Source of the DNA: Eledone cirrhosa
Lineage: Eukaryota
DNA length: 64,000 nt
Assembly (NCBI GenBank): GCA_964016885.1
Contig: OZ024743.1
Location: 228,222,001 to 228,286,000 of the forward strand
Reading direction: 5' to 3'
The translations under genes were made by a program, and so were the position numbers. Below are positions 1-17,739 of this stretch, one piece after another (positions within the stretch are counted from its first letter, which is position 1; every line of letters starts with the position of its first letter). The notes under the pieces are model-generated. The model had not been told where the DNA came from, searched no databases, and worked only from the letters and a program-made list of their open reading frames with translations.

Positions 1-207
1 TTTTCTTCAAATCAAAATAGAAAAACCACTTTAACTATTTATGGTTGGTTAATCTTACTGCTTTAAATATTTTAAAATACTAATCTTCTCTAGAAGAATC
101 TTCAATTTTTGACAGATATTGTTCTTATAGGTTAAGTTCGATTTTATTTTTCAAAGTAGTTTCACATTTTTTTTTTACATTTCACCTTTGACATTTTTTG
201 GCTCTGG

Positions 208-261
<54 letters not shown>

Positions 262-345
262 GTGTGTGCGTGCGTGCACATAAGCATGTATTTATATATA
301 TTTGTGTATCTATATGTTTGTGTGTGTATATGTGTGTGCGCGTGT

Positions 346-377
<32 letters not shown>

Positions 378-1250
378 TGTACTCCCTGCCACTTCCCTCA
401 TTACATTTCCTTGACATTTTTTTTCCTTTCATCTTTCTTTGTTTTGTTTTTTTGTTTTTTTAAAATAAATTTTAGCTATTTCGTAGCTTATATGTTTAAA
501 AAAATGTCATTTATGTAGGAAAGATGTTCAGTTTTCTTATTTCATTCTATTTTTACATACTGTCTTTTTGCTTAGAATTATAGAAATATTTTTTACCTCT
601 ACTTCTCATTAAATCCTTCTCTTCCGTAAGCTACAATTAATGTAGGATAATTTTTGTATGAAGTGTATGCATGCATGTTTGTAGACATATATGAGCCAAG
701 GGTACATATATGTGATCCCTCGACTTGCTAGAAATAGTAACCAAAACCTTTATCATATTACACCCTACCATTTTAATCCTAATGTGACCATATTTCTAAC
801 AAAATGCAATTACTGTTATCTATTTTGTGCTTTATTTTGCAGTTTTGAAAATAATCAAGAATTTTTTCTTAGTAAAATACTTTTAATTACTTTGTTATCT
901 CTTTCCTTACCATATTTCTTCTGAAAGACATTTCATATTATTTCAACCAAATTTGAAAACAATAAAAAAAATATTCACAAGGAATTAGTAATATAACTAA
1001 ACTTTCTCATTAAGTTGGTGTTTGGAACATAACAAAACTCACACTCACTAAGAAACAAAGAAATATTGTAGTATATTCTAGAAACTGACTAAAAATACTA
1101 TTATTAAGTTATTCACTGTCAAAGTTTGTTACAAATTATATTGACATTTATCGTGACCATCATCACCACTGCTACAACCATCACAATGATTATCAACTAT
1201 ACTATCATCATTGTCATCATCATCATTATTATTATAGCCATGAATTGAGA

Positions 1251-1420
1251 GTATCGGTAGAGAATTGGATGCCATGCTTTACAGCATAGTTTTGTCCCTT
1301 TAGGTTCTGAGTTCAAATCCCGCCAAGATTAACTTTGCCTTTCATCCTTACGGGGTCAATAAAATAAAGTACCAGTAACGTACTGGGATAATTACTGGAT
1401 ATGTGCCAAAAGTAGAATCA
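1251..1420 (+). mobile_element. Nin/Deu-core SINE copy
   Basis: Colinear with 19775-19939. Confidence 0.8.
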
Positions 1421-1554
1421 ATTATTAAAGCCATAACTCCACAACCAAAAATATGAATCCTATTTCTCTAGCTTTTCGTATCATATATTGACACCATAAA
1501 GACGGACAACATTAACTCCTTATTACCCTTAATCATTACAACTAGACATTATTA

Positions 1555-1735
1555 TATGCTTCGCGGCAGAGAGTTACGGCCTTTTACGTTCTGAGTTCAA
1601 CTCCAAGTGAGGTTAACTTTGCATTTCATCCTTACAGAGTTGATAAAATCGAGTACCAGTAATACACTGGGGTAGACTTAATCGACTTTGCCTTTCCCCA
1701 AAGGTCGTTGGCCTTGTACCTAAATCAGAAACCAT
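1555..1735 (+). mobile_element. Nin/Deu-core SINE copy (more diverged)
   Basis: Same B box and TTTCATCCTTAC...GATAAAAT...GTACCAG core. Confidence 0.7.
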
Positions 1736-3250
1736 TAAAGTTGTGATTATCTAAGAAATATTGCACCAAAGAAGACAGATTTTATTTTGTTGAATAATAC
1801 GGCTTAGAGATTAGGGTGTTATGTTCAAAATCATGAGGTTGTGACTGATTACCAGACTCGGCAAAACATATACTTGAGCAATACACTTTCATATTACTCC
1901 AGTTAACTCAGCTGGAGAAATGAGTTGTAACGTCACTGGGGCTAAGATGTATTGGCATTTACCATTCACTTGGGCAACATTGGTGGTATATATAGAGAAA
2001 ACTTGTATATATGGGCAACTGCTTACCATCCACAAAAATAACTTGCCTGGGCTTGTGCCCTGGCAGAGAACTTTCTAGGTGCAAGACTGATGCTAACTGA
2101 TGAAAAGAGTTAGAATTATAATGTATATAGATCATTGGTTCCCTGACTGTGCACGGGAAGATGTAATTATGTGGGCCCTCAGTGTGCAAGATTCTGTTTA
2201 AATATGTGAAAAATACATACTGGAATCTGTAATAGAGTTCATATGAAACTGTCAAAGCAGAAAACAACTAAACTAAGAATTAAAACACTGCGAAAAACAA
2301 CAAAAACAAAAAAAAAAACAGCGTTTTTCTCATTAATAAACTTTGCTTTATTTATTGACTAAAGAAAGAAGGACAATTATTTATTCTTTAATTCTAATTA
2401 TTCATAATTCTACATTATGCTATGCTAATATGTATAAATATTTCTTTTGACTAAATTTTCAAATTTAAACACAAAGCGTGCTAACATTCTAACTTATACT
2501 ATGATTAAGAATGTTTGGATATGACAGATATAGATGAAAACAATATAGAATTGTCTTCTTTTTTTATGTTAAAATTCTTCTGTGAACCTCTGTTTAGCCA
2601 TATCAATAGTTTTGGATATAACAGGAACAGGGATATAGAGGAGACATGGTAACTTTTACAGAACACCACAACAATATGGTATAACTGTAGAAGATATATG
2701 ATTCCTGTCCTGTCTCACTAGCTTTGTTAACACTATTAGATGCAAGGTGAAGAAGGGGCGGGCAATGAGGTTGAACTTTGATGAGGTAATTTAAACAACA
2801 GAAACAACAGCACCAACAACAATGACAAAAGCAGAAGCAGATAAACTTGTTAATAAAGTCCCAAGAGAATTTTCAGCGAAAGATTAGTTTAGATTTGCTA
2901 AACTAAACAATGAAGAAAACATGATGTGATTGGATAGAAATAGCATTGGTAAATTAGCCTGGTTGGAAAATAGTGCTCTGAAATGAGGAAAGTATAGGGA
3001 GGTGAAAGGGGTGGAAAAAGCAAAATAACTGCAAGACAGCAGAAAGAAGGACAAACAGAGAAATCGCATGCATTAAAATATTAAGGTATAAGGACAATCT
3101 ATTCCCAAAGCAGGGATCACCAAGATGAGATTTCATACTGTAGGTAATTGACTCAATTTATCTATGCATCAGGAATGCCATAATGGGTTTAGTTGTCATC
3201 AAACACCCTCATCATCCAGCAGCAGTAGCAGCAGAAGTCCTGGTGCATTA

Positions 3251-3353
<103 letters not shown>

Positions 3354-5005
3354 CACATGTACATGTATATATAAACATACATACAATTATGTGTATATTA
3401 TATATATATATAGAGAGAGAGAGGTGGGGGAGGAGAGAGGGAGAAAGACACACACACACACCCACACACACACACAGAAGCTGCATGTATAAACTGTGTG
3501 GTGTAATAAGTGGTGTGTGTTAGGGCAGAGACATAAGAGAGTATTGTAGATAGATAATTTCACTGTGATGAAATATTGGTTTTCGTCACATAAAAAAATT
3601 TGAACTTTAGATTTCATCAGTTAAAATAAGTGTGCAAATGTTCATGAGGTGATTGAAGTTAAGCCATGTGGCTTAGTGGTTAGAGTGTTTGGCTCACAAT
3701 TATAAGTTGGTGAGTTTGAGCACTGGCAGCATGATGTGTCCTTGGAGAAGTCCTTTTTCTCCATGTTGCTCCAGTTTACTCAGTTTTGGCATTTACATCA
3801 CTCTATATTTACTGTTGTATTTTCACGGTAAGCACTTTATTTCACATAATTATCTCACATAATATCGAATCTATGAGATTTTGATATTATTTATTTTGAG
3901 AACAATACCTTAACATCAGTATGAGCAGCCAGCTTGCAGTCAGTTCGAACAGAAAGTGGTGAATTGAGAGAATTCTGGCTGGATATGGACAGTTTAAATG
4001 CTAAAGGATAAAAAAAATGAGTTATACCTACAATTCAAAGGGCCAGCCTTGGCTCACACTGTGTCATGCTGACTTTCCCTGAGAACTATGTTAGAGAATA
4101 CTCAGCCACCTGCATGTTAATTTCATAAGCAGGTTATTCAATTGATCGAATCAACTGAAACACTTGTCGTCAGAACCAACAGAGGTCCAACAGTATTTAG
4201 TGATGAAAAACTTCTATATTATACATTAAAATATAAACTCTACTAGTTTTCTTTATCTTTTAACATCTATTTTTCCATGCTGTCATGGGTTGGATGGGTC
4301 ATTACAAATCAAGTTAGTATTTAATCGGAGCTACTGTCCTCCTAGACAGCATGGAAGCCACATTTCACATACATACAATCTGATTTTAGGTAGACAAAAG
4401 GATTAGTGATGTGGGAGATAATTATAAATCAAATTTTATCTTACTATGATATAATATTTCCAAATGACTGAAGAATGACAAATTTGTAACTGACTTTCTA
4501 TTGCTGATCATTGATCATTGTGTGTCTCTTATAGTGTAACTATTCCATCTATTATGTTAACAGTTAACTAATCAACTAAGAAATGTGTGAAATATACAAA
4601 TAATAAAGACCAAAATCAAATTATAGTATATAATATAGACATATACCAACAATAATTAAAAAATAGAATTATAGCATGCCCTCTTCTTGAGCTTGAACTT
4701 CACTTGTCTATAAATGTTTGCACTAACATCTTCATGCTTACTTCTACTGCCATCTCTGTTATTTCCTCTTTCAAAAGCTCAGATTTACAAATAAGCCAGC
4801 ATACATTTTTATTTTCCTATTCACGTTTTGATTTTTCTTACTTTCCTGCAATTTTTTCTTCCTCCCTCTAATATCTGATGAAAGGCATAGCCTGGGAATT
4901 TATGCACTGACTTTTAATTAAATTTCCTGTGCGAGAAACTAATATACTCAATTTTGACCATCTCCCATCTTGATTTTTTTTTGTGGTGGTGGTGGGGTTC
5001 TATTA

Positions 5006-5087
<82 letters not shown>

Positions 5088-7150
5088 TTTGGCTATTCTT
5101 TGATCTGTAGGATATAGCCTAAGAAACAATACAAGTTCTTTAGGGCTATCTGTCAACACAGATTTTTGCATGCAGGGCATGATAAAGAATTTGGATTTGG
5201 ATTCAGAATGTAAACAATTGAAAGAGACACCACAAAGCATTTTGTCTGAAGCTCTGATAATTCTACCAACTCTGGAATGGTACTTCATTTATTGATTTCA
5301 AAAGATTGAAAGGTGTAGTTGACCATAGCAAAATTTGAACTCAGAGTACAGAGAGCCAAAACAAATACTGCTGTGTAATTAGTAAAATAGGAAAATATGT
5401 ATAAGTGTTTATGTTTACACATATATGTATATGTATTTAGATGCACATATATATTTTATTAAATAATTCATTCTATTTAAGAAATGCTAAGTTTGAATTG
5501 ATTTCTGCTAAATCATTACAGGATGTTAAAAGTTAAATATATTCCAAATAAGTTGTTAAATATTTACAGATTTTTAATGCTGAATTATAGATTTCATTTA
5601 ACTTAGTAAATTATACAAATATTTATCTATATATTTTCTCTCAATTTTCTTTCTGAATTTACTGTATCATTATGATCATTTAATGATGACAGAATTATTC
5701 ATGTGACTAAATCTAAAGAACATAATATAGAATTAACTTAAACAATTTGCACACTAATTTTATATTATTCACAGAGAGAGGGAGAAAGAGAGAGGGGGGG
5801 GGGAGAGCGAGATGGGGGGGGGGGACACCCATATATATATATATAAGTTTAGCTGAGCAAAAGAGAGAAACAAAGCTCAATATATAAGTAGAGTGGCTCT
5901 TGACACTAAACTAATGATTCAAAGGTGAGGTGTTTCATGCATAATGCACTTTTTAAACTAGCTTAAACTTGTTACATAAATTACTTTGTCAAAGCTTCAC
6001 ACCAATAATAACAAACACATATATATATATGTGTGTGTGTTAAATTATACACAAAACAGCTGATCTATATTATATATGTACATAAAAAGTATGGCATTTA
6101 GCCAAAGCTCTAAGGTATATGACAATGGGCTTCCTCAAAGTTTCTGTCTACCAAATTCACTTACAATGCATTTGGCAGCCCATGAAAATAGTATAATACA
6201 CCTCATGGTTGCAAAGCAAAGTTCTTAACCACATATTGAGATTTTTAAATTACTAAAATCGTTGAAAAAATAATCCTTTAGTTGTTAGAGGTGTTTTACT
6301 GGAAAGCTGCTGTAATCTAATTGAAAACTAATACAAATAATTGCTTAACAAATATAAACAAACTTAAAGATGAGCTATAAATTTTCTTCATGAAGACTTC
6401 TTTGGGAAAAAAAGCAGATTTTTCCTTCTGCAAAAGACACAGGAAATCAATAAAAAATATTGCAGAGTTGCAGGCATGGCTGTGTGGTTAAGGAGTTTGT
6501 TTTGCAACTACACAATTTTGAGTTCAATTTCATTTGGGCATGTGGCTTCTACTATAAAGTCAGTTTGACTAATGCCTTAGGAGATGGAAACTACAGAAAT
6601 CCATCATTTATATACAGGGTGTCACCCCAAAAATGTATACACACTTTGATTACCTGTACAGCTAATATTTATTAGAATGCTGTTAAAGTGTGTATATGTG
6701 TTTGTGTGGCAATGTCTCTGCTTGGTGTCTAATTTAGCTATTTTACGAAAAAAGAAAAGGAGGTATTGATAAGTAGCAGACTTGAAAAACACTAAGTACA
6801 GAGTCAATATAATCAAGTAAACCAAGGTGCTGCATAACATGGTAATAGTCGATAGTTTAATGACTGAAACTAGGGAAAGATTTAAAGAATACTATATTGC
6901 GGTATTTTAATCTATTTTCTCTACAAAAAAAAAGAAAGAAAAATGCAAAAGAATTTCCAATTTTATATAAAGTTAACAAAAGTCTAATGAAAATCTATGT
7001 TATTTTTAAATATTTGAAACTCTTGTGGTTTAGCTGTTGCTGAATAATTGGAGGGAGAGAGAGAGGATTAAAAAAAAATTGAGAAAGAAATAGGCAAGCA
7101 GTCAAAGAGGCCATAACTTATAAAATAAATATATAATTGAGGTGGAAGTG

Positions 7151-7154
<4 letters not shown>

Positions 7155-7232
<78 letters not shown>
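7155..7232. repeat. (GA)n microsatellite
   Basis: Directly visible; flanked by two copies of AAGAGG.C.ATAACTTATAAA. Confidence 0.97.
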
Positions 7233-7236
<4 letters not shown>

Positions 7237-7654
7237 GAGAAAGAGAGAGAAGGTGAGGAAGATAAGAGAGGCTATAACTTATAAATTACATATATATATA
7301 TCTAGATAAGGCACCTGCACTTCTCTTATGATTACACCTTTAGTTGAAATGTTAACCCTGAAGCCATCAATCTATTGAGAGAGAGAGAGGGTGGGAGAGA
7401 GAGAGTGTGTATGTATATGTATATGTTGCTTCCAATGTGCAGGTCGTTTTAATTGGTGATATTTCTGCTTAATTTCTGACCTATTGTGGGAAAAAGGGCA
7501 GATTAAAAGACAAGAGTCTATAAAAAGCTACTCTTGCAGTTCTTAACAATTTTCATGATTTTTGTTGTGTGTTTTTCCAATGAGATGCCCTAAAAAAAAC
7601 CCCAAACAAATAAACAATGAAATAAAATAGGAGGAATAAGAACAATCAGTAGGC

Positions 7655-8062
7655 AAAGGCATGGTTATGTGGTTAAGGAGTTAATTTTGCAACTACATGG
7701 TTTTAAGATCAGTCTCACTGTATGACATCCTGGTCAAGATCCTTGAGCTGTCAGTGAAATTTGGTAGACAGAAACTGTAGAAGCCAGTCATATGTTTATA
7801 TATATGTGTGTGTGTGTAAATGTATTTATGTATGCATATAGATATGTTTGTATATATGAATGTGTATCTTCATATCTATGTTGACCTGTGTTTGTGTTTA
7901 TGTCCTATAACCTTGTGGTTCAACAAATAAAAATCGTTAAATTAAAGTACCAGATAATAAAAAAAAAACAGTATAGTTTTATGGTCAATACAATTGACTG
8001 AATATATTTAAGGCAGTGCCCCAGCATGGTCGCAGTCTAACATCTGCAATCAGTAAAAGAAT
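7655..8062 (+). mobile_element. tRNA-derived SINE family with internal (TG/TA)n and GGCAGTGCCCCAGCATGG tail
   Basis: GGCATGGTTATGTGGTTAAGGAG head and GAAATTTGGTAGACAGAAACTG body. Partial copies at 6470-6610, 34970-35125(-), 37330-37440, 52880-53030(-) and 63110-63160(-). Confidence 0.65.
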
Positions 8063-8895
8063 AAAGGAATAGAAATGAATAAAAAACAATGCAAGGATCA
8101 GTTTCAGAAGGAGGAGGAGTAGCAGCATCATCATCAGCAGCAACAGTTGCAGTGATTATGTATGCACTTGGTGATAACTGTGCTGGGCATGGGAATCTCC
8201 TTGAACCACAGACTAAACTTATTTCAGATCAAAGAAAAATAAACAATAGTATAAAAACAAACATCAACAAAAAATAACCACCCAAAACAACAAATCCAAC
8301 CCAACAGAAAAAAAAAAAAAAAAAAAAATAATAATAATAATAAATAGACAACAATATGAAAAAAAGTAAGAATGACTATTCTACAACAACTATAACAACA
8401 ACATCTATAGCGACAAAAACAAAACATAAAAATAACAAATGCAATATAAAAAAGTAATAACAATGACAATAATACAACAACAAGGATATCTACTACAGCA
8501 AAAACAACAACAGCAACAATAACAACAACAAGAAACACTATACGAAAAAGTTACAATGACAACAACAATATATACAAAAACAACAAAGAACAAAAATTCC
8601 ATCAGATTTTATGCTGAACCCCGACCCCAATCAAACTCTGATGGCAAAATCTAAAATGATGTAGTTAGTGGCAGGAGATAGAAAGTGAAACTGTCCATCA
8701 CTGGTGCAGATTTCATAAGGGTGGTTGGGGGTCAGGCTGGGTTGGATATGTACAACAGCTCTTCAGTCAGTGCCAAATGACATTAGGGGTGTCAAACTTC
8801 TCTATTGGGACTTAAACAGTGAGAATTAAACCCTCAATGACCTCCCCAGTTTTGAAAAACAATATCTAAAAGAGATAAATAATAAGGAACAAAAG

Positions 8896-8966
<71 letters not shown>

Positions 8967-9889
8967 TTGTTCAGCAAGGAAAGGTCATGTGGTTGTATGT
9001 TTGTGGATGTGTAGATATTAGCATGTGTGTAGACATAATAAAGTATTAGTGAATGATGTGTACGTGCACACACATATATATATATATGAGAGAAAGAGAG
9101 AGAGAGAGAGAGACAGATAGGAGGAGAGGTACAGAAAAATGCAAGCATACATATTTACATACACACTCTTAAAGCTGGGAGTTTGATTCTAGGCAATATA
9201 TTGTATCCTTGAGCAAGACATTTTATTTCACATTTCTTCAGCTCACTCAGCTGCCAAAAATGAGATGTTCCTGTGATTCAAAGTAGTAACCTTGTCATAC
9301 ACTGTGTTAATTTGAATCTGCATGAAAACTATGTTTAGGGTGCATATGTCTGTGCAATGCTCAGTTTAGTGCTAATTTTACAAGCAGGCTGTCCTCATGG
9401 TCAAACAACCAGTACCTTCATCATCACAAGTGACAGAGTTCCAACAAAATACACATATATTAACAGAATATCGTGTTTTGTTTAGCAATTTACTGCAGAG
9501 GTTGGCAAAAGAAAATAGTCAGAGGTGTTAATTAAAATAGAAAAATACACAAATAAATATATAGGAAATCAAATAGAGAAACAATCAAACAGGATAAGAA
9601 AATAATGGGTTGGTGCAAATGTTGATGTAGGATGAGAGGAGAAAAAAACTACTGAAACTACAAAAAGTTATCTCACATGGGATTTGAAAAGAGTTGAGGG
9701 GAGGAAATACTGAGAAACTTTACAACCAATCATAGTGGTGCTTTCCAGTTGCAAATTTGGGATATAAAAAATATAGTTACAAACACGAAAAAAACTAATG
9801 TGTATATATATATGTCATTGTGTGGATAGTATATATGCCTATATCTCTATATATATATACACATTGGTATGTGATATTTATGAAGGATG

Positions 9890-10060
9890 ACATCTTTATA
9901 ATATGGTGCAGGGCATTTAGAGTTGAAGGTAGCTATGGAGTAGGAAGAGTTAGGAAGATTAAAGATGAGGTGATAAAGGTTGATTTTGTACAATTGCACC
10001 TCTTTAAGATGATGACACAGAATCGAGATCTCTGGCTTTATGCAATTATACGGAAGACCC
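9890..10060 (+). mobile_element. Decayed 3' fragment of an RTE LINE
   Basis: Translates to CRAFRVEGSYGVGRVRKIKDEVIK...MTQNRDLW, homologous to the C-terminus of the 11136-14260 ORF (KCRAIKIDGSHGVGRPRKTWDD...MSLDRKLW). Confidence 0.7.
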
Positions 10061-10139
10061 ACCTACCCCTATGCACCATGCATTCTCTATGCACCAATTT
10101 CTAAATTCACTACCCACGTCATAAACACCCCACTCTTCA

Positions 10140-10273
10140 TCCATGTGGATACAAGAAGCTGAAATGAGGGTTCCTCCGAAGGGTCTTTGGAGTACAGTTA
10201 CTCGATAGGGTGCGTAGGTCAATGATCGGATGGCCCCCACCACCCACTCAGGATAAGTGGATGAAGAAGAAGA
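10140..10273 (+). mobile_element. Internally deleted RTE (Expander/Rex3-like) 3' fragment
   Basis: Reads WIQEAEMR.LRRVFGVQLLDRVR across a frameshift, joined to a CCCCCACCACCC...GGATAAGTGGATGAAGAAGAAG 3' end. Confidence 0.55.
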
Positions 10274-10374
10274 TATAAATATATATATGTATCTATACAT
10301 ACATATATATATATATATATGAATATACACACATACACACACATATATATATATTTATCTTTATACATATATAT

Positions 10375-10845
10375 CTTCTTCTTTATCCTCTTATTCTTTA
10401 GAAGGTTGTGGGGGCAGAGTCCTCAGGCACTCTATCCACTGGTTCCTTTTAGAAGCAACTATTTTCAACTGATCCAGCTGGATCCCCAAACATGACCACC
10501 CAAGCTCATGGATGTTATTCAATCATCTTGCTCAGTGTCATGCTGGTTAGATTTGCCTGCAAAACCTATCCAGCGATTCTTTCCCTGAGACATTTTAACC
10601 ACATGCCCATAGTATTGGAGCTGTGATCTCACAATTCGGAGAAGTAGCAGCTCCACATGAGTGTGCTCTACATGTGAATGAGGTTCCAATGAAGCAGGTG
10701 GAGAAGTGCAAGTATCTCAGGACTGTCTTCAATGCAGGAGGGTGAATTAAGTGCAGTAATGCACCAGCTTGAGCATTCAGAAGGGAGGTATTCATGCCAA
10801 CCCTTACCTATGGTTATAAATCTAGGTTAATGACAGAGAGAATAT
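10375..10845 (-). mobile_element. RTE LINE fragment with an inverted 5' segment
   Basis: Minus strand ~10400-10660 encodes LLLRIVRSQLQYYGHVVKM...LRTLPPQPS* with a GAA-rich tail. Plus strand ~10660-10845 encodes upstream RT segments (QVEKCKYL, VFMPTLTYG...MTER). Confidence 0.65.
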
Positions 10846-10869
10846 AATATACATCTCTCTCTCTCTCTA

Positions 10870-14637
<3,768 letters not shown>

Positions 14638-14657
14638 ATATATATATATATATATAT

Positions 14658-14848
14658 AAGTTTTAATATAGATGAGATTCTACAGGACTAGAACTGTTTT
14701 ATTCTTTAGAAATCATCCTGATGATTTCTAAAGAATGAAACAGTTCTAGTCCTGTAGAATCTCATCTATATTAAAACTTTTATACTCTGCAATGTATTGA
14801 GTACCTTACTTACTGTGGTTACCTCCGATTCAACCCGGAATAACGTAC
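14658..14848 (+). mobile_element. Fold-back element (60-bp arms + ~70-bp tail), probable PLE inverted pseudo-LTR with hammerhead-like core
   Basis: 14658-14717 is the reverse complement of 14720-14779 (one mismatch). CTGATGA at 14718-14724 and GAAA at 14737-14740. (TA)n on both sides. Confidence 0.65.
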
Positions 14849-15214
14849 TATATATATATATATATACTGTATGTTTAATTTAAAACATTTTGAAGACCAT
14901 TCACTATGAATTTTAAAGTGGTGACCATGCCACTTACTTATTCTCGTAAAAAACAAAGGGGAATAATTGACAGTCCTGTTTTTTGCTCATTAGTGGTTAT
15001 CAAGACTACTTACCCCTTCACTTCTGCTAAGTATTATAGAATATAGTATATTTGATACACTATCAAATATACTATACATACATCCAAATATACATCACTA
15101 TTTCAGAGCACCAATACCTAATGTTTGCTGGACTGGCAACCACTCTATTTAATCAGCTCTTAGACATTGCTGGAATTCTATAAGAATCCAACTTCTACAA
15201 TTCTATATATGTAC

Positions 15215-15347
15215 AATCAAGCCAGAATCAGTTCCCGTATGAGCAAGGCAAGGTCAGCCGACCGGATACTGCCCACAACAGGACAACCCGTCTAACCCAT
15301 GCTAGCTTGGAAGAACGGACGTAAAACGGTGATGATGATGATGATGA
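15215..15347 (+). mobile_element. 5'-truncated RTE-tail SINE/LINE end
   Basis: AACCCATGCTAGCTTGGAAGAACGGACGTAAAACG(ATG)n; similar ends at 20259-20320, 30000-30195, 35285-35345(-) and 62165-62350. Confidence 0.75.
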
Positions 15348-15349
15348 CA

Positions 15350-15967
<618 letters not shown>

Positions 15968-16313
15968 GTAGAATAATCGAGTATCGAAAAATCGGCGCAC
16001 GAGTTCACGATAAACAAAAGTCGACATGAGTGGCAGAGGGCTCAATAATTCAGATAAATCAGAGCTATAACTATCGTTAAAATACCAACACACATAGATT
16101 ATGTCTAAAATCAACCATACGACCGAAAAATTACGATCCGGAAGATTCGGGTCACTCAGATAAAATATCAATAAATCAATAAATCATATGAATGCATATA
16201 TATATATATATGCATATATATATGCATCTATATCTATATATATATATGCTTATATATCTATATCTATCTATATATATATGTGAGAAAAACCACAGACCCT
16301 TCATCTCAACTCA

Positions 16314-16351
16314 CCTTTTGAAAAGCAGAAGAACTGCGAAACCGGTAAAGG
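16314..16351 (+). ncRNA. Minimal type I hammerhead ribozyme motif with mutated core, in a probable PLE pseudo-LTR (16280-16488)
   Basis: Stem I CCTT/AAGG; core TTGAAAA (two changes from CTGAAGA); stem II GCAG-aagaa-CTGC; GAAA; palindromic stem III ACCGGT; GUA cleavage triplet. Confidence 0.6.
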
Positions 16352-16545
16352 AACCAAATAAATATACATATTTAAAAAAAAATAAGACTCCAGTTGCATT
16401 TGCGATTTCATCTCTTTTTCTTTATACTTTCACTCGTGTAGGGCACCTCGGTTATTTTTCATGTTGTAAAAAAAACCTCACTTTCTAATATATATATATA
16501 TATGTGCATATATATATATATATGCATATATATATCAATATATAT

Positions 16546-17099
16546 ATATTGTTATACTTTGGGAGGGTCATGTTGCCAATAAGAAACACACGCACCAGTT
16601 GCTTTCACTTCAATTTATTATAATAAATTTATAAATTTCTGGTTGGTTGGTTGGTTCCACAACCAGATAGTTGTTTATATATTGTCATAGTTCTTTCGTC
16701 ACACACTCTGTGACCTCTTCAGTGACTGGGGATTCTTTTCTTTGTTTTTGTGCCTCTCCTTTGTTCTGTCCTACACCATTTTGTTTCTGTGTGTGTCACA
16801 GAAACAAAATGGCGTAGGACAGAACAAAGGAGAGGCACAAAAACAAAGAAAAGAATCCCCAGTCACTGAAGAGGTCACAGAGTGTGTGACGAAAGAACTA
16901 TGACAATATATAAACAACTATCTGGTTGTGGAACCAACCAACCAACCAGAAATTTATAAATTTATTATAATAAATTGAAGTGAAAGCAACTGGTGCGTGT
17001 GTTTCTTATTGGCAACATGACCCTCCCAAAGTATAACAATATCGGTTTCAACACACGATTTCAGATAAAGAATCTTGCTAAACAAATTCAGAAACGAAA
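16546..17099 (+). mobile_element. Fold-back element with 246-bp arms and a 57-bp unpaired 3' tail; PLE inverted pseudo-LTR
   Basis: 16546-16791 pairs with 16797-17042 (one mismatch seen, at a CpG), with a 5-nt loop. Tail at 17043-17099. Contains a hammerhead motif; (TA)n flanks. Confidence 0.8.
16862..16904 (+). ncRNA. Minimal type I hammerhead ribozyme (mirror copy on the minus strand at ~16684-16726)
   Basis: Stem I GTCA/TGAC; core CTGAAGA plus an extra G; stem II GTCACA-gagtg-TGTGAC; GAAA; 2-bp stem III; CUA triplet with predicted cleavage after 16900. Confidence 0.75.
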
Positions 17100-17175
17100 T
17101 ATATATATATATATATCAATATATATATATATATATGCATATATATATGCATATATATATGCATATATATATATA

Positions 17176-17233
<58 letters not shown>

Positions 17234-17598
17234 CACACACAGACATATATATACCTACATACATACATATATACACATATAACAGAACATACTAAAGAGA
17301 AACCCTGAAAAGGAAAATTGGTTCTGTCTTTATCAGTGTTTTGCTTGTATGGTGTCTTTCTATTTCCCTTGACCTTCTCTTTGTACTTACTTCATTTCAA
17401 ATCTATTTCCCTTGAATTGATGCACATCTGATCACTATTGGATACGACCTGTTGGAAATGATGATAAGACTCATTTATTTGCCAGTAGTTTACTGAAAAC
17501 TATTGCTTTCATAGATATGTTTTTCTACATATTTTTTTTTGTTTCATAGAAGCAAGACGTGGTGGGAAAATTTTGTATTACACACCTGAGCTCATTCT

Positions 17599-17657
<59 letters not shown>

Positions 17658-17739
17658 GGAGAGAGATGTATATAGAGACAGACGGACAGACACACACATA
17701 TAAATATATATGTGTACATATTCGTGTGTATGTGCATGT

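Noticed and set aside
4875-4900. Isolated CTGATGA motifs here and at 48760-48790(-) and 63548-63582(-)
   Set aside because: The second core box or the helices are missing; they could be chance or too decayed to call.
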